A stretch of DNA of 64,000 nucleotides from Candidatus Micrarchaeota archaeon (GCA_021799475.1 JAJZAJ010000002.1:82855-146854); one strand, 5' to 3'; shown: positions 16,221-25,952, counted from the stretch's first letter. A program made the numbers and translations. Notes: generated by a model not told the origin, from the sequence alone.

Positions 16221-17104
16221 ACATGGACTATTATTACGTTTATGGGGTGCTTTTTGCTTTTGTTGCCCTTGCATCCTGGGGAGGCGGCGATTTCCTGATA
16301 CAGAGAACTACGCGACATCTTGGAGACTGGGAGACCCTCTTCCTCATAGTTGCATTTGGTAGTGTAGTGCTGTTTCCGTTTGTCTACACGCAGATAACAA
16401 GCTACCTTAGCGTCGTGTTGGTGCTTGCGGTGCTGTCGACCGGAGTTTTATTGAGTTTTGTTGCTTCGATGTTCGACCTAGAAGCACTTAAAAGGGGGAA
16501 GATAGCCGCTGTTGAACCGATACTTGCCCTGGAGATTCCGGTAGTCGCTGTTTTTTCACTCGTGATGCTGAATGAGGTTTTGCAGCCTATCGAGATTCTT
16601 CTTGTCGCGCTGATTGTTCTTGGCCTCATCTTTGTCTCGCTCAAGTCAAAGCACTTCAAGTCTATAAGGCTTGAGGAGGGCGTCTTCCTTATGGTTGCCG
16701 CGGCGGTGCTCTGGGGCGCTGCCGCTTTCTTCGTGGGGTGGGGCGCGCGGATATCGAATCCGTTCATGGTAAACTGGTACATATCCATAGGTATGACAGC
16801 GTTCACCTTCGGCTATCTGGTGCTGAAACGCAATGTGAAAGATATGGCGAGTAAAGTGTTCAGATTTCCAAGACTTGTATTGGCAACCTGTACGCTAGAT
16901 ACTATAGCGTGGGTTGCCTATGCTTATGCTTCCGTATTCATACCTGTCACTATAGCAGTTGCGCTGTCGGAGAACTACATTGGTGTAGCCGCCTTGCTCG
17001 GACTTATCGTAAACAGGGAGAGGCTTCTGGCAAGGCAGAAGGCAGGTTTCCTCTTTGCGCTTTCTGGGGCTGTGTTACTCGCGCTTTTCATAAATGGAGT
17101 CTAA
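16217..17104 (+). CDS. EamA/DMT-family transporter
   Basis: 295 aa with about 10 TM segments in a 5+5 arrangement. ALASWGGGDFLIQR and a second EamA-like half. Confidence 0.75.
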   Translation: MNMDYYYVYGVLFAFVALASWGGGDFLIQRTTRHLGDWETLFLIVAFGSVVLFPFVYTQITSYLSVVLVLAVLSTGVLLSFVASMFDLEALKRGKIAAVEPILALEIPVVAVFSLVMLNEVLQPIEILLVALIVLGLIFVSLKSKHFKSIRLEEGVFLMVAAAVLWGAAAFFVGWGARISNPFMVNWYISIGMTAFTFGYLVLKRNVKDMASKVFRFPRLVLATCTLDTIAWVAYAYASVFIPVTIAVALSENYIGVAALLGLIVNRERLLARQKAGFLFALSGAVLLALFINGV

Positions 17105-17105
17105 G

Positions 17106-17337
17106 CCAATTATAGCGCAAACAAAACCCAAAGACAAAATGAAGAAAGTAATAGAATTGCAGAGACAGGAAGATTGTTGCGATGATAAGTGATGGAGTAA
17201 ACGGTGCGCCGGCGCTGACAGAAGCTGATTTAGGAATTGCGATTGGGGCTGGAACAGAGGTAGTAATACAAGCAGGCGGAATAATTCTGGTAAAAAACAA
17301 TATCTACGATGCAGTCATTGCCCTACGCAAACAATAA
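17106..17337 (+). pseudogene. internal fragment of a heavy-metal P-type ATPase (CopA-like), frameshifted
   Basis: Frame 0 reads [20 protein letters not shown]. After a +1 shift it reads [44 protein letters not shown]. This is the P-type hinge motif GDGxNDxPAL with D->G. The N-terminal approx. 600 aa and the last TM helices are absent. Confidence 0.65.
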
Positions 17338-17359
17338 GCATTTATAATATAGCGTTAAA

Positions 17360-17902
17360 ATGGTTCCTATGGAAACTGAGGCACCGAAAGGTTTCACATT
17401 CAAACCCGCATATATAGCAATACTTGCAGTTATAATTGCGGCTGTGATAGGATTGATTTATATGGTAGCAAACAGCAACGCAGCCAATGTTACTGTTGCG
17501 GTAGGAGACAACGTGAGCGTATTCTATACAGGTACATTCACGAACGGCACGGTATTTGATACTAATCTTGGTAAACAGCCTCTTAATTTCACTGTCGGCA
17601 CAGGACAGATGATAAAAGGATTTGATCAGGCAGTCATAGGGATGAAAGTAAACCAGACAAAAACAGTGACGCTCACTCCGGATGAAGCATATGGTCCGGT
17701 GAACCAGAGCCGTATCGTGACAGTACCTAGATCGCAGTTCGGCAATTCAGTAATCGCCGTAGGCATGCAGGTGCAAACCCAGAATGGTGCTGTCGGCACG
17801 ATCAGCGCATTTGACGCAAACACTGTCACTGTTGACTTCAATCCTGCGCTTGCCGGCCAAACTCTGATATTTACGATAAAAGTAGTGTCTATACAGAAAT
17901 GA
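17360..17902 (+). CDS. membrane-anchored FKBP-type peptidyl-prolyl cis-trans isomerase
   Basis: 180 aa. An N-terminal TM (AYIAILAVIIAAVIGLIYMV) is followed by VSVFYTGTFTNGTVFDTN...FTVGTGQMIKGFDQAVIGMK, the FKBP/SlyD core. Confidence 0.85.
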   Translation: MVPMETEAPKGFTFKPAYIAILAVIIAAVIGLIYMVANSNAANVTVAVGDNVSVFYTGTFTNGTVFDTNLGKQPLNFTVGTGQMIKGFDQAVIGMKVNQTKTVTLTPDEAYGPVNQSRIVTVPRSQFGNSVIAVGMQVQTQNGAVGTISAFDANTVTVDFNPALAGQTLIFTIKVVSIQK

Positions 17903-17999
17903 CGTAATTCTGCTTCCGATATTCTAGACATACGGAAACATAAAGAAATAAATATTATAATGATTCACTCAGACAGTGAAAATAGCCAAAGTGAATTAA

Positions 18000-18926
18000 A
18001 TGGGAATAGAATCAACCATAGTTAATTTAGACGATGCAACGCGAAGGAGAACTGATGCCATCGAAGCAGGATGGAGATATAAGGTAGATACCCAAGGGTT
18101 TGTATTTGTGACAAACGCAAAGAGAGCAAAGGATGAAGTGTATACTTTTGATGTGACTGGAAGGCGTTATCATGTAATCGACTTTGACAGGCTGCGGGAA
18201 AAGAGAATAGATGCGGAAAAACTCTTTAACCTAAACAGGTCAAATGGATTCATATTTACATATGAAAACGGAAAATCTGACCGCCTTGCTGAAAAGTTCG
18301 AGGAACTTTTTGAGAAAGCAGGCAATAATAAGGATAGCAGCATTGCAATGATGTTTGATAAAATGCTTGTGTCATGCGGGTTAAAACATAGCGAAAAATG
18401 GAAGAAAGAGAGTGAAAGGCGTCTGATAAGGATGCAAAAGAGGATAGCGGAAACAAGGAAAATTGAGGCTTACGATAAGATATTGGATAATATGAGGGAG
18501 CAGTTTACCCCGTCTGAGAACCTACAGCATGCGCTGGATAAACTTAGGATATCGGAAAGTGAAAAGATTCGGCTGCTGAGTTCAGGCTATATAATCATAG
18601 ATGACGGGATAGCATTTGAAAAAAGATATCCTGAATATAAGGAGGAGAACAGCCCGATAGGAATGCTGACGTATAATGGATGGGATACTACGGCAAAATC
18701 AAAATTAGACCTGTTGATCAGGAGTGTGTTTGGGCTTGACAAGAAAAATATGATAGTTTACCTTCAGGATGAAAATATGAAAGCAGGCGTTACACTAGAA
18801 TTCAAAAGGTTATTTGATAACAGCCAATATCGCGATAGCCGGGGACATAGGGCACAGTTCGCAATAGTGCTAAGGCAAAATGGTTTTAAGATCGCATTCA
18901 GCACAAAAAACCTTAGAAGAAACTGA
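18000..18926 (+). CDS. hypothetical protein (308 aa)
   Basis: Clean ORF with a TATA-like AAATAAATATTATAA about 40 nt upstream. No motif recognised. Confidence 0.55.
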   Translation: MGIESTIVNLDDATRRRTDAIEAGWRYKVDTQGFVFVTNAKRAKDEVYTFDVTGRRYHVIDFDRLREKRIDAEKLFNLNRSNGFIFTYENGKSDRLAEKFEELFEKAGNNKDSSIAMMFDKMLVSCGLKHSEKWKKESERRLIRMQKRIAETRKIEAYDKILDNMREQFTPSENLQHALDKLRISESEKIRLLSSGYIIIDDGIAFEKRYPEYKEENSPIGMLTYNGWDTTAKSKLDLLIRSVFGLDKKNMIVYLQDENMKAGVTLEFKRLFDNSQYRDSRGHRAQFAIVLRQNGFKIAFSTKNLRRN

Positions 18927-19015
18927 AGATATCAGAATAGAAGCGAAGCTGAAGTGATTTAATTAATCAAAAATAATTTAATTAATCAAGAATCAGAATT
19001 TTTCATTTAACGCTT

Positions 19016-19522
19016 CTATGGCCTTCGCTGATACCCGTAATTTATTTGAGTAGGAACTCCATAGTTGACAGGTGGAGGAGGCGGGGGCGGAAGCCTTTGC
19101 ACTGGAACCTGTTGGATTGATTGTGTACTTATAGCACCAATGAATGGATAGCTAGCCTGCTGGTTCTGTGCAGCGTTCTTTCCGCTTTTGTAAATCGCGT
19201 TTGACACGGCTAACATTATAGCCAATGAGGCTACGCCTTCGATTAATAGGACTGTAGATCCGGTAGCTAGAGCTGAAATTATAGTTATAGATTCAGCTAT
19301 GGAAGAGACTACCGCCACGAGGATGCCGACAGTCTTCCTCGTTGCTCCCTGCGCACCTCTTTCATTCCGCAAAATGTGCCTGTGATAGTCATGTTGCTCT
19401 GTATTAGTAGTCGTGCGCATGGCCATTGTGTTTGTAGTTTCCAGTTCAGTCCGGTAAAGTGATTTGGCGTAGCAGGTTTGCCGTTCTTCTTGCATCTTTA
19501 ACGTAAAATCCATGCCATTCAC
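19016..19522 (-). CDS. hypothetical membrane protein with C-terminal poly-proline tail
   Basis: 168 aa. Two hydrophobic segments (VGILVAVVSSIAESITIISALA, VLLIEGVASLAIMLAV), then RLPPPPPPPVNYG. Confidence 0.5.
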   Translation of the reverse strand: MNGMDFTLKMQEERQTCYAKSLYRTELETTNTMAMRTTTNTEQHDYHRHILRNERGAQGATRKTVGILVAVVSSIAESITIISALATGSTVLLIEGVASLAIMLAVSNAIYKSGKNAAQNQQASYPFIGAISTQSIQQVPVQRLPPPPPPPVNYGVPTQINYGYQRRP

Positions 19523-19558
19523 TATATCTACTTATCTTCTGATAAATTCCTCCTATGC

Positions 19559-19821
19559 TCATGGCTGCTTGCCCTTCTGTGCCGGCGCAGAAAGCATTTT
19601 CATACCATTCTGTTTATCCAATACTATAGTTGCTCCGTTGTTCCTTTTGACAATATCATTTATGTGATTTTTGAAGAATTCAAGCGCCTCAAGATTTCCT
19701 TTTTGAATTTCTCTCTTGTATACGGCGCAGGTAGAGCACTTGTGTGGCTTTTTTTCTTCTGAGACGTGGCTATCGAAAAACTTCAGTATTACCTTTTCTT
19801 TTCTTACATTGTTTTTCATAT
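19559..19821 (-). CDS. hypothetical small protein (87 aa)
   Basis: An internal ATG (MKNNVRKEK...) avoids overlap with the upstream gene, which ends at 19830. No motif. Confidence 0.4.
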
Positions 19822-19829
19822 TAACACGT

Positions 19830-20318
19830 TTACATCTGGAACTTATCCGTATACTCATTATACATGAATACCGATAGGGATATGACCGCATCATTGCCAT
19901 TTTCTTCTGCAGTAAGAGTTATGACTGCATTGTCTGGCATGTGGTTGCTTTTATCAGCAGATCTGACACGCAACGTAGCGCTCAACGCAGACATGCATGC
20001 GAGATAGCTGGAAAACACTCTCGCGATCTGCTCGACATATGTCTTGTCCGATTCAGACATTTTATTTACAGGTATGCTGCTAAGCGGTTTGTGGTTCCTA
20101 ATGGATGTCCTGCGCAGGAGCTCCCAGCCAACTTTTCCATTAATTTCCTTTATTTTGAATGAGCCTCCAATCTCTCCGGCGATCTGGCTTACGTTTGCAA
20201 GATCATCATACATTGTTGATACTGGCGACTCGCCATAATGAGGAGTCGAAATAGTTGTTCTGATGGTTATTTTTCCATCGTTAACTGTTGCATCTATAGG
20301 TTTTTCTCTTATAGCCAT
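19830..20318 (-). CDS. hypothetical protein (162 aa)
   Basis: ORF with TATA-like elements in the 110-nt upstream spacer. No motif. Confidence 0.5.
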   Translation of the reverse strand: MAIREKPIDATVNDGKITIRTTISTPHYGESPVSTMYDDLANVSQIAGEIGGSFKIKEINGKVGWELLRRTSIRNHKPLSSIPVNKMSESDKTYVEQIARVFSSYLACMSALSATLRVRSADKSNHMPDNAVITLTAEENGNDAVISLSVFMYNEYTDKFQM

Positions 20319-20428
20319 GTTATTACCTTGATTCTATATAAGCAAATTCCTGATAATCTCTTGATAATCCTATGTCTTTTATATAATATTTATATGTGCG
20401 TGGAATATAGTATTGCTTTTTGCATTTT

Positions 20429-20929
20429 TTACCGCAGCGCGCTTTCTATACTGCTTGTTTCCGTTCTGAGCTTTTTCAACTGCTCAGAAAGCAGTTTCCT
20501 TACCGCCACTTCTATGATGCATCTCTTGTTATATCTGTAGGATATCATCTGTTTTATCTCAGTAAGCTCCGTTAAGTAGTCAATCATCTCCTCTTGTCCG
20601 TCGCCTAGGTCCTTCCAGTCAACCACTTTCCGGGTTGCTGGTTTTCCGCGCTCGTCAGTGACGGTATAGATATCCATAACAGGTTTACAGTCTATCTTTC
20701 CTCCGAACCTTGCATACATTTCTATCGTACTTTTTCTTAGCTCTATGAAATAATTAACTGCAGCGCGCTCCATATCCACCGCGCTCTGGTATCTGATATG
20801 TAAAATTGGGTGATGGTTTGAAAAGCGATAAAATTTTTCATTTATCGGTTTTATCTCCTGTAGGCTGGTGGCTTCTATTATTGCCGTTTCCAGCGGCTTT
20901 GCCTTGAAATTTGGTTTTTCTGAGAACAT
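20429..20929 (-). CDS. hypothetical protein (166 aa)
   Basis: ORF with an upstream TATA (GATATAAATATTTG on the minus strand). No motif. Confidence 0.5.
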   Translation of the reverse strand: MFSEKPNFKAKPLETAIIEATSLQEIKPINEKFYRFSNHHPILHIRYQSAVDMERAAVNYFIELRKSTIEMYARFGGKIDCKPVMDIYTVTDERGKPATRKVVDWKDLGDGQEEMIDYLTELTEIKQMISYRYNKRCIIEVAVRKLLSEQLKKLRTETSSIESALR

Positions 20930-21142
20930 ATAGTAGGCACCTTTACAATTATCCTATATCCTATATGTCGTGGCAAATATTTATATCTCGTGAATTATAT
21001 CAAAATTGCTATGTTGTTTTGTGATTTTGGAACCCCTAAGGATAAGGGGTCGACAGGAGCAGCTGGCAAGCCGGCAAACCGGCTCGCCGATATGATCTGA
21101 TATACCATATGCACATTACAAACATTATACATAATGCGATCT

Positions 21143-22192
21143 TCAATGGACTAAGCCTATGATGATCACTCCTATCGTTATAATTACACCACCCACAATC
21201 CCTTCTGTAGTATAGCTGTCTATCAGCACGCCAGCAACAAGCACTAGAACCACATCAAGATATGTGAATGTATTTATGAAATTCCTTGTCAGTATATCCC
21301 GCTTTCTGGTGCTTTCTTTCTCTAGCTTCATTGCGTGCATTTCCGTACCGACCGCTATCGAGAAAACAAATCCGGCCGCTACTGCAAGCAGAGAATAATA
21401 AGATAGTATGAATTTGTAATCCAGCAGCAGAAGAACGATGCCCATAAGCAGGTCCAGGATTGATAGGGATAGCAGTTTTAGCCCCTCTCCATGCTTTTTT
21501 AAGTCGTATAGGAGCCCATAGAATCCAAGGCCGCCACTGACTGCGATGCCGATTATGAGCGGCAGTGTTGAGATATCAAAAGAATAGCCGTGGCTCTCAG
21601 CAAAAAATGTCCCGATGGAAACAAGAAGAACCCCGATAGCAAGAAGCAGCAGCTCACTGGCTGAAAGCTTCTTACCATATCTTACAATATCGACTGATAA
21701 AAAGACTATAGTGCTAATGGCTGTTAAAGGATACACGCTGGTAAGAGTCAGTGATTTGTATGCCATCAGTACCAGCGTTATTGAAATGACTATTGAGAAA
21801 GCACCGGCTACGCTTATCCATTTTTTCCCTATCTTGACTTTGCTGTCAGTAAGCTCCGTCCTATAGAATCTTGCCTGAAGCAGCGAACCTGCGAGTATGC
21901 CTATAGACATAAAGATTATTGCTTCGGCAAGCGGCAGAGCGCTTACAGCAGCATAAGCTCCGACAGCCTGGATTGCATATGCAATGGTGCTCAAAATAAG
22001 AAATATTATTACTACCTTATTCGGAAGTTTATCCTTTAATCCTTTCAAATTAGAAACATATTTCATGCTGCCCATTTTTTGCATAGATATTGATGGTGCC
22101 TGCCAATCCCTTTTTGAACACGGGCATCTTATGCATTCCGATTTTATATACCTTCCATGTTTTGACTGAGCTCCTATTTCCATTTTTTCCAT
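21143..22192 (-). CDS. polytopic membrane protein (about 10 TM, possibly DMT-like); start uncertain
   Basis: 349-aa ORF. The first approx. 36 aa are Cys/Arg-rich and not membrane-like, so a start at M37 (22084) is plausible. The rest is a series of hydrophobic helices. Confidence 0.55.
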   Translation of the reverse strand: MEKMEIGAQSKHGRYIKSECIRCPCSKRDWQAPSISMQKMGSMKYVSNLKGLKDKLPNKVVIIFLILSTIAYAIQAVGAYAAVSALPLAEAIIFMSIGILAGSLLQARFYRTELTDSKVKIGKKWISVAGAFSIVISITLVLMAYKSLTLTSVYPLTAISTIVFLSVDIVRYGKKLSASELLLLAIGVLLVSIGTFFAESHGYSFDISTLPLIIGIAVSGGLGFYGLLYDLKKHGEGLKLLSLSILDLLMGIVLLLLDYKFILSYYSLLAVAAGFVFSIAVGTEMHAMKLEKESTRKRDILTRNFINTFTYLDVVLVLVAGVLIDSYTTEGIVGGVIITIGVIIIGLVH

Positions 22193-22303
22193 TTTGCGGC
22201 TTCTGCGCTTTTAAAAAGCGAAGCTATTTAATGATTTCTCTTTAAATAATATACAGTCCAAGCTGTCGAGGTAGTCTTATTTCTGTATTTTTCTGGTGAG
22301 CTG

Positions 22304-22525
22304 TTGGTCGCGCGCGAACTGATTCCGGAACACAAATTGCTCAGCGAAAGCGAAGCCAAAAAAATAGCCAAGGAATTCAGCATTACTTTAGATAAGTTTC
22401 CGAAAATCCTTGAGTCTGATCCCCAAATACAGAAGCTTGGTGCAAAATCCGGCAGGCTGATACAGATAAACAGGAATGATGACGGTAAGAAATACGTTGC
22501 TTACAGGTACGTTATCAAGGGATGA
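22304..22525 (+). CDS. rpoH: DNA-directed RNA polymerase subunit H (Rpo5)
   Basis: 73 aa with a TTG start. ELIPEHKLLSESEAKKI...PKILESDPQIQKLGAKSGRLIQINR...YRYVI is the RpoH/Rpb5 C-domain signature. First gene of the rpo operon. Confidence 0.85.
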   Translation: MVARELIPEHKLLSESEAKKIAKEFSITLDKFPKILESDPQIQKLGAKSGRLIQINRNDDGKKYVAYRYVIKG

Positions 22526-22543
22526 TTCCCTCAGGCGATAATT

Positions 22544-24040
22544 ATGGATGAATATGACTATTTTAACACCGATGGCCACACGATACTCGAATCGTATCTT
22601 GCATCGACATCGCTTGTCCACCAGCAGATTGAAAGCTATAACAGATTCATAAGGATGGGGATACAGAAAATAGTAGACAGTCAGAAAATGATAGAACCTG
22701 ATGTATCAGGATTTGCGATAAAGTTTGGCGCAATAAGATTGGAAGCGCCTGTCATAATAGAAGCCGATAGCTCAAACAGACGGATAATGCCAAATGAAGC
22801 CATCGCGAGGAACCTTACTTATTCAGCTCCTGCATACATAACATATACTCCAATAATATCTAATATAGAGAAACATGATGCAGCTGGCGAAGCATTCATC
22901 GGAGAAATTCCTGTCATGGTAAAGAGTGACCTATGTTACACACACAACATGACAGCTGAACAGCTTGCGGACGAGGGCGAGGATCCTGACGACCCCGGAG
23001 GCTATTTCATAATCAAAGGAAACGAGAGGGTTCTTGTAGGGATAGAGGACCTTGCACCGAATAGGATAATATGCACAAAGGAGAAGGATAACACAGTAAC
23101 CAGCAAGATATTCTCAACTACAGTATCGTTCAGGGCGCGCTGCAGCGTTACAAGAGATGAATACGGAGTATTCAAAGTTCTCTTCCCGACGATATCTAAG
23201 GGATTCGACATTGTACTTGTGCTCAGAGCGCTTGGAATGCAGATAAAGGACATGACAGAACAGATGTCCAGAAAAGAGATAGCAAATGACATGTTGATAA
23301 ACATTGATCTGAGCAAAGCGAAGGACATGGGCCCTTCAGATGCAATACTCGAACTTGGAAGGCTTTCTGCACCGAACCAGGCAAAGGAGTACCAGCAGAA
23401 AAGGGCCGAAATGCAGCTCGACACCTACATACTACCACACCTAGGAACGACACCGGAAGTAAGAAAGGAGAAGGCAAGGTATCTCGTGAGGATGGCTGAG
23501 AGGGCATCGCTTGTTGCTTATGGACGCGTAAAACCTGATGACAAGGATCACTATGCCAACAAAAGGGTAAAGCTTGCTGGAGACTTGATGGAGGAGCTTT
23601 TCAATAATGCATTCAAGTTCCTGGTAAGGGATATAAAATACCATGTGGAAAAGACGACGGCAAGGGGCAGGAGGCTCACTGTAAGGGGCAACATAAACGC
23701 TGATACCTTGACTGAAAAGATTCTCTACTCTATGGGTACGGGATCGTGGCCAGCTGGTCAGACAGGGGTTTCACAGCCGATGGAAAGGATTAACTTTGTC
23801 AGCACCCTATCGCATCTCAGAAGGATAAAGAGTCCGCTTGCAAAGAAACACCCTCATCTCGCTGCCAGGGATGTACACGGAACACATATAGGAAAGTTAT
23901 GCCCGTCTGAGACTCCGGAAGGAACAGAGGTAGGACTTACAAGATATCTCGCGATAATGAGCAGAATGTCCGTTGGCGCAGACCATGCAATGCTTGAGTC
24001 AGTGCTGAAATCGATAAACGGGTTTGAGAAACAGGAATGA
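22544..24040 (+). CDS. rpoB2: DNA-directed RNA polymerase subunit B'' (N-terminal half of split Rpo2)
   Basis: 498 aa. LVHQQIESYNRFI..., DPGGYFIIKGNERVLV, and the end ...CPSETPEGTEVGL. Corresponds to the N-terminal part of Rpb2. Confidence 0.95.
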   Translation: MDEYDYFNTDGHTILESYLASTSLVHQQIESYNRFIRMGIQKIVDSQKMIEPDVSGFAIKFGAIRLEAPVIIEADSSNRRIMPNEAIARNLTYSAPAYITYTPIISNIEKHDAAGEAFIGEIPVMVKSDLCYTHNMTAEQLADEGEDPDDPGGYFIIKGNERVLVGIEDLAPNRIICTKEKDNTVTSKIFSTTVSFRARCSVTRDEYGVFKVLFPTISKGFDIVLVLRALGMQIKDMTEQMSRKEIANDMLINIDLSKAKDMGPSDAILELGRLSAPNQAKEYQQKRAEMQLDTYILPHLGTTPEVRKEKARYLVRMAERASLVAYGRVKPDDKDHYANKRVKLAGDLMEELFNNAFKFLVRDIKYHVEKTTARGRRLTVRGNINADTLTEKILYSMGTGSWPAGQTGVSQPMERINFVSTLSHLRRIKSPLAKKHPHLAARDVHGTHIGKLCPSETPEGTEVGLTRYLAIMSRMSVGADHAMLESVLKSINGFEKQE

Positions 24041-24111
24041 AAAGTGATATTTAGATATTTTATATACTGTGTGTATTAGAGTTGAGAGTAAAATTATGAA
24101 ATGGTGCAACG

Positions 24112-25944
24112 ATGACATCTGAAAGCACGAAATGCTATGTATACTTAGACGGAAAGGCGATAGGTACCGTAAAGGACGGAAAGGCTTTCGCGGAAGAGGT
24201 TAGAAGGAACAGGAGGCTTGGGGTCATATCTGCGGAAATCAATGTCGCGTACCTGAAGAAGCTTTCGGAAGTCCATATAAATGCAGACAGGGGAAGGGCA
24301 AGGAAGGCGTATATTATTGTGGAAGATGGAAAGAGCAAGCTTACTCCGGAAATACTAGAGAAGATAAAAACTAAGGAAATTGATTTCAATTACCTGCTCA
24401 GAAAGGGCATAATAGAATATCTGGATGCGGAGGAAGAGGAAAATATATTAGTAGCGTTGTCTGCCGATAAAATAACGCCAAAGACTACGCATCTCGAGAT
24501 TGAGCCTGCTTCGATGTTCGGTCTTACGTTCACTGCAAACGTATTCCCCGAAACAAACAGTGCCGGAAGGCTGCCGCTTGCGAGCAACCACATGAAACAA
24601 AGCCAGGGGCTTTATGCCGTCAACTTCAACAAGAGGTATGATGCAAGGGCTTACCTGCTCTTCTATCCGCAGGTGCCGATAATAACCAGCGTAGGCTACA
24701 GGACTCTGAAGCTGCAGAGACACCCCGCCGGACAGAATTTCGTCATTGCGCTATCAACTTACTATGGATACAATATGTCTGACGCTCTCGTACTCAACAA
24801 AGCTGCGGTAGACAGAGGTCTTGGAAGGAGCGCATTCTTCAAGACTTATGCTGATGAGGAAAGGAGGTATCCCGGAGGACAGCAGGATTATTTCAAGACT
24901 CCGGCAGCCACTACCGAAGGATACCTGGGAGAGCACGCATATGCGAAACTCGGTGAGGACGGCATAATCGAGCCGGAAATGAACATCAAGGAATCTGAAG
25001 TGCTGATAGGAAAGGTATCACCGCCAAGGTTCCTTGAGGAGCAGACAAGCTTTGGAGTGGGGGAAGAAAAGAGCAGGGATAATTCCGTAACGCTGCGTAC
25101 TGGAGAAGAAGGAGTAATTGACAGCGTAATGGTAAGCGAGACGACTGGTGCGACAAAAATCGTTAAAATAAGAGTCAGGAGCATAAAGATACCAGAGCTT
25201 GGAGACAAGTTCGCCAGCAGACACAACCAGAAGGGAGTGGTTGCTCTCGTCGCAGACCCAAAGGATATGCCATTCACAAAAGAAGGGATAATACCAGATA
25301 TAGTATTGAACCCGCACAGCCTGCCTTCCAGAATGACCTTCGGCCACCTCCTCGATATGCTCGGAGGAAAGTCCGGATCAGTGGCCGGCAAGCATTTCGA
25401 TGGCACTGCTTTCTCTATGAACGGCCACGATAGGATAGACCAGTACAGCCGTCTGCTTGAGGAACACGGCTATGATAAATTCGGCGATGAATACCTGTAC
25501 GATGGCAGGAGCGGAAAGAGATATAGTGCAAGGATATACACAGGAGTGGCGTACTTCAACAAACTAACACATATGGTAAGCACAAAACTCCAGGTAAGGA
25601 GCAGGGGACCTGTGCAGATACTCACGCACCAGCCTACTGAAGGGAAACCGAGAAAAGGAGGCCTCAGGTTCGGTGAAATGGAGCGTGACGCATTAGTGGG
25701 CTACGGTGCCTCGTTGCTGCTCAAGGAGAGGATGCTTGATCAGTCTGACAAAGCCCCTATATGGATATGCAGGGAATGCGGTGACATTGGGTACTATGAC
25801 CATATAAAGAACCTGCCAGTATGCCCAACTGACTCTGGAAACAATCTTGAGCTCATAGAAATAAGCTATGCGTTCAAGCTGTTCCTTGACGAAATAAAAT
25901 CACTGCACATACTGCCAAGGATAAACCTCAAGTCTGAGGCATAG
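24112..25944 (+). CDS. rpoB1: DNA-directed RNA polymerase subunit B' (C-terminal half of split Rpo2)
   Basis: 610 aa. GDKFASRHNQKGV, IPDIVLNPHSLPSRMTFGHL, GGLRFGEMERDAL and the C-terminal Zn ribbon CRECGD...CP. Confidence 0.95.
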   Translation: MTSESTKCYVYLDGKAIGTVKDGKAFAEEVRRNRRLGVISAEINVAYLKKLSEVHINADRGRARKAYIIVEDGKSKLTPEILEKIKTKEIDFNYLLRKGIIEYLDAEEEENILVALSADKITPKTTHLEIEPASMFGLTFTANVFPETNSAGRLPLASNHMKQSQGLYAVNFNKRYDARAYLLFYPQVPIITSVGYRTLKLQRHPAGQNFVIALSTYYGYNMSDALVLNKAAVDRGLGRSAFFKTYADEERRYPGGQQDYFKTPAATTEGYLGEHAYAKLGEDGIIEPEMNIKESEVLIGKVSPPRFLEEQTSFGVGEEKSRDNSVTLRTGEEGVIDSVMVSETTGATKIVKIRVRSIKIPELGDKFASRHNQKGVVALVADPKDMPFTKEGIIPDIVLNPHSLPSRMTFGHLLDMLGGKSGSVAGKHFDGTAFSMNGHDRIDQYSRLLEEHGYDKFGDEYLYDGRSGKRYSARIYTGVAYFNKLTHMVSTKLQVRSRGPVQILTHQPTEGKPRKGGLRFGEMERDALVGYGASLLLKERMLDQSDKAPIWICRECGDIGYYDHIKNLPVCPTDSGNNLELIEISYAFKLFLDEIKSLHILPRINLKSEA

Positions 25945-25952
25945 GTGAAAGC

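Noticed and set aside
17088-17300. 70-aa minus-strand ORF
   Set aside because: The plus strand here clearly encodes the P-type ATPase hinge remnant, so the antisense ORF is fortuitous.
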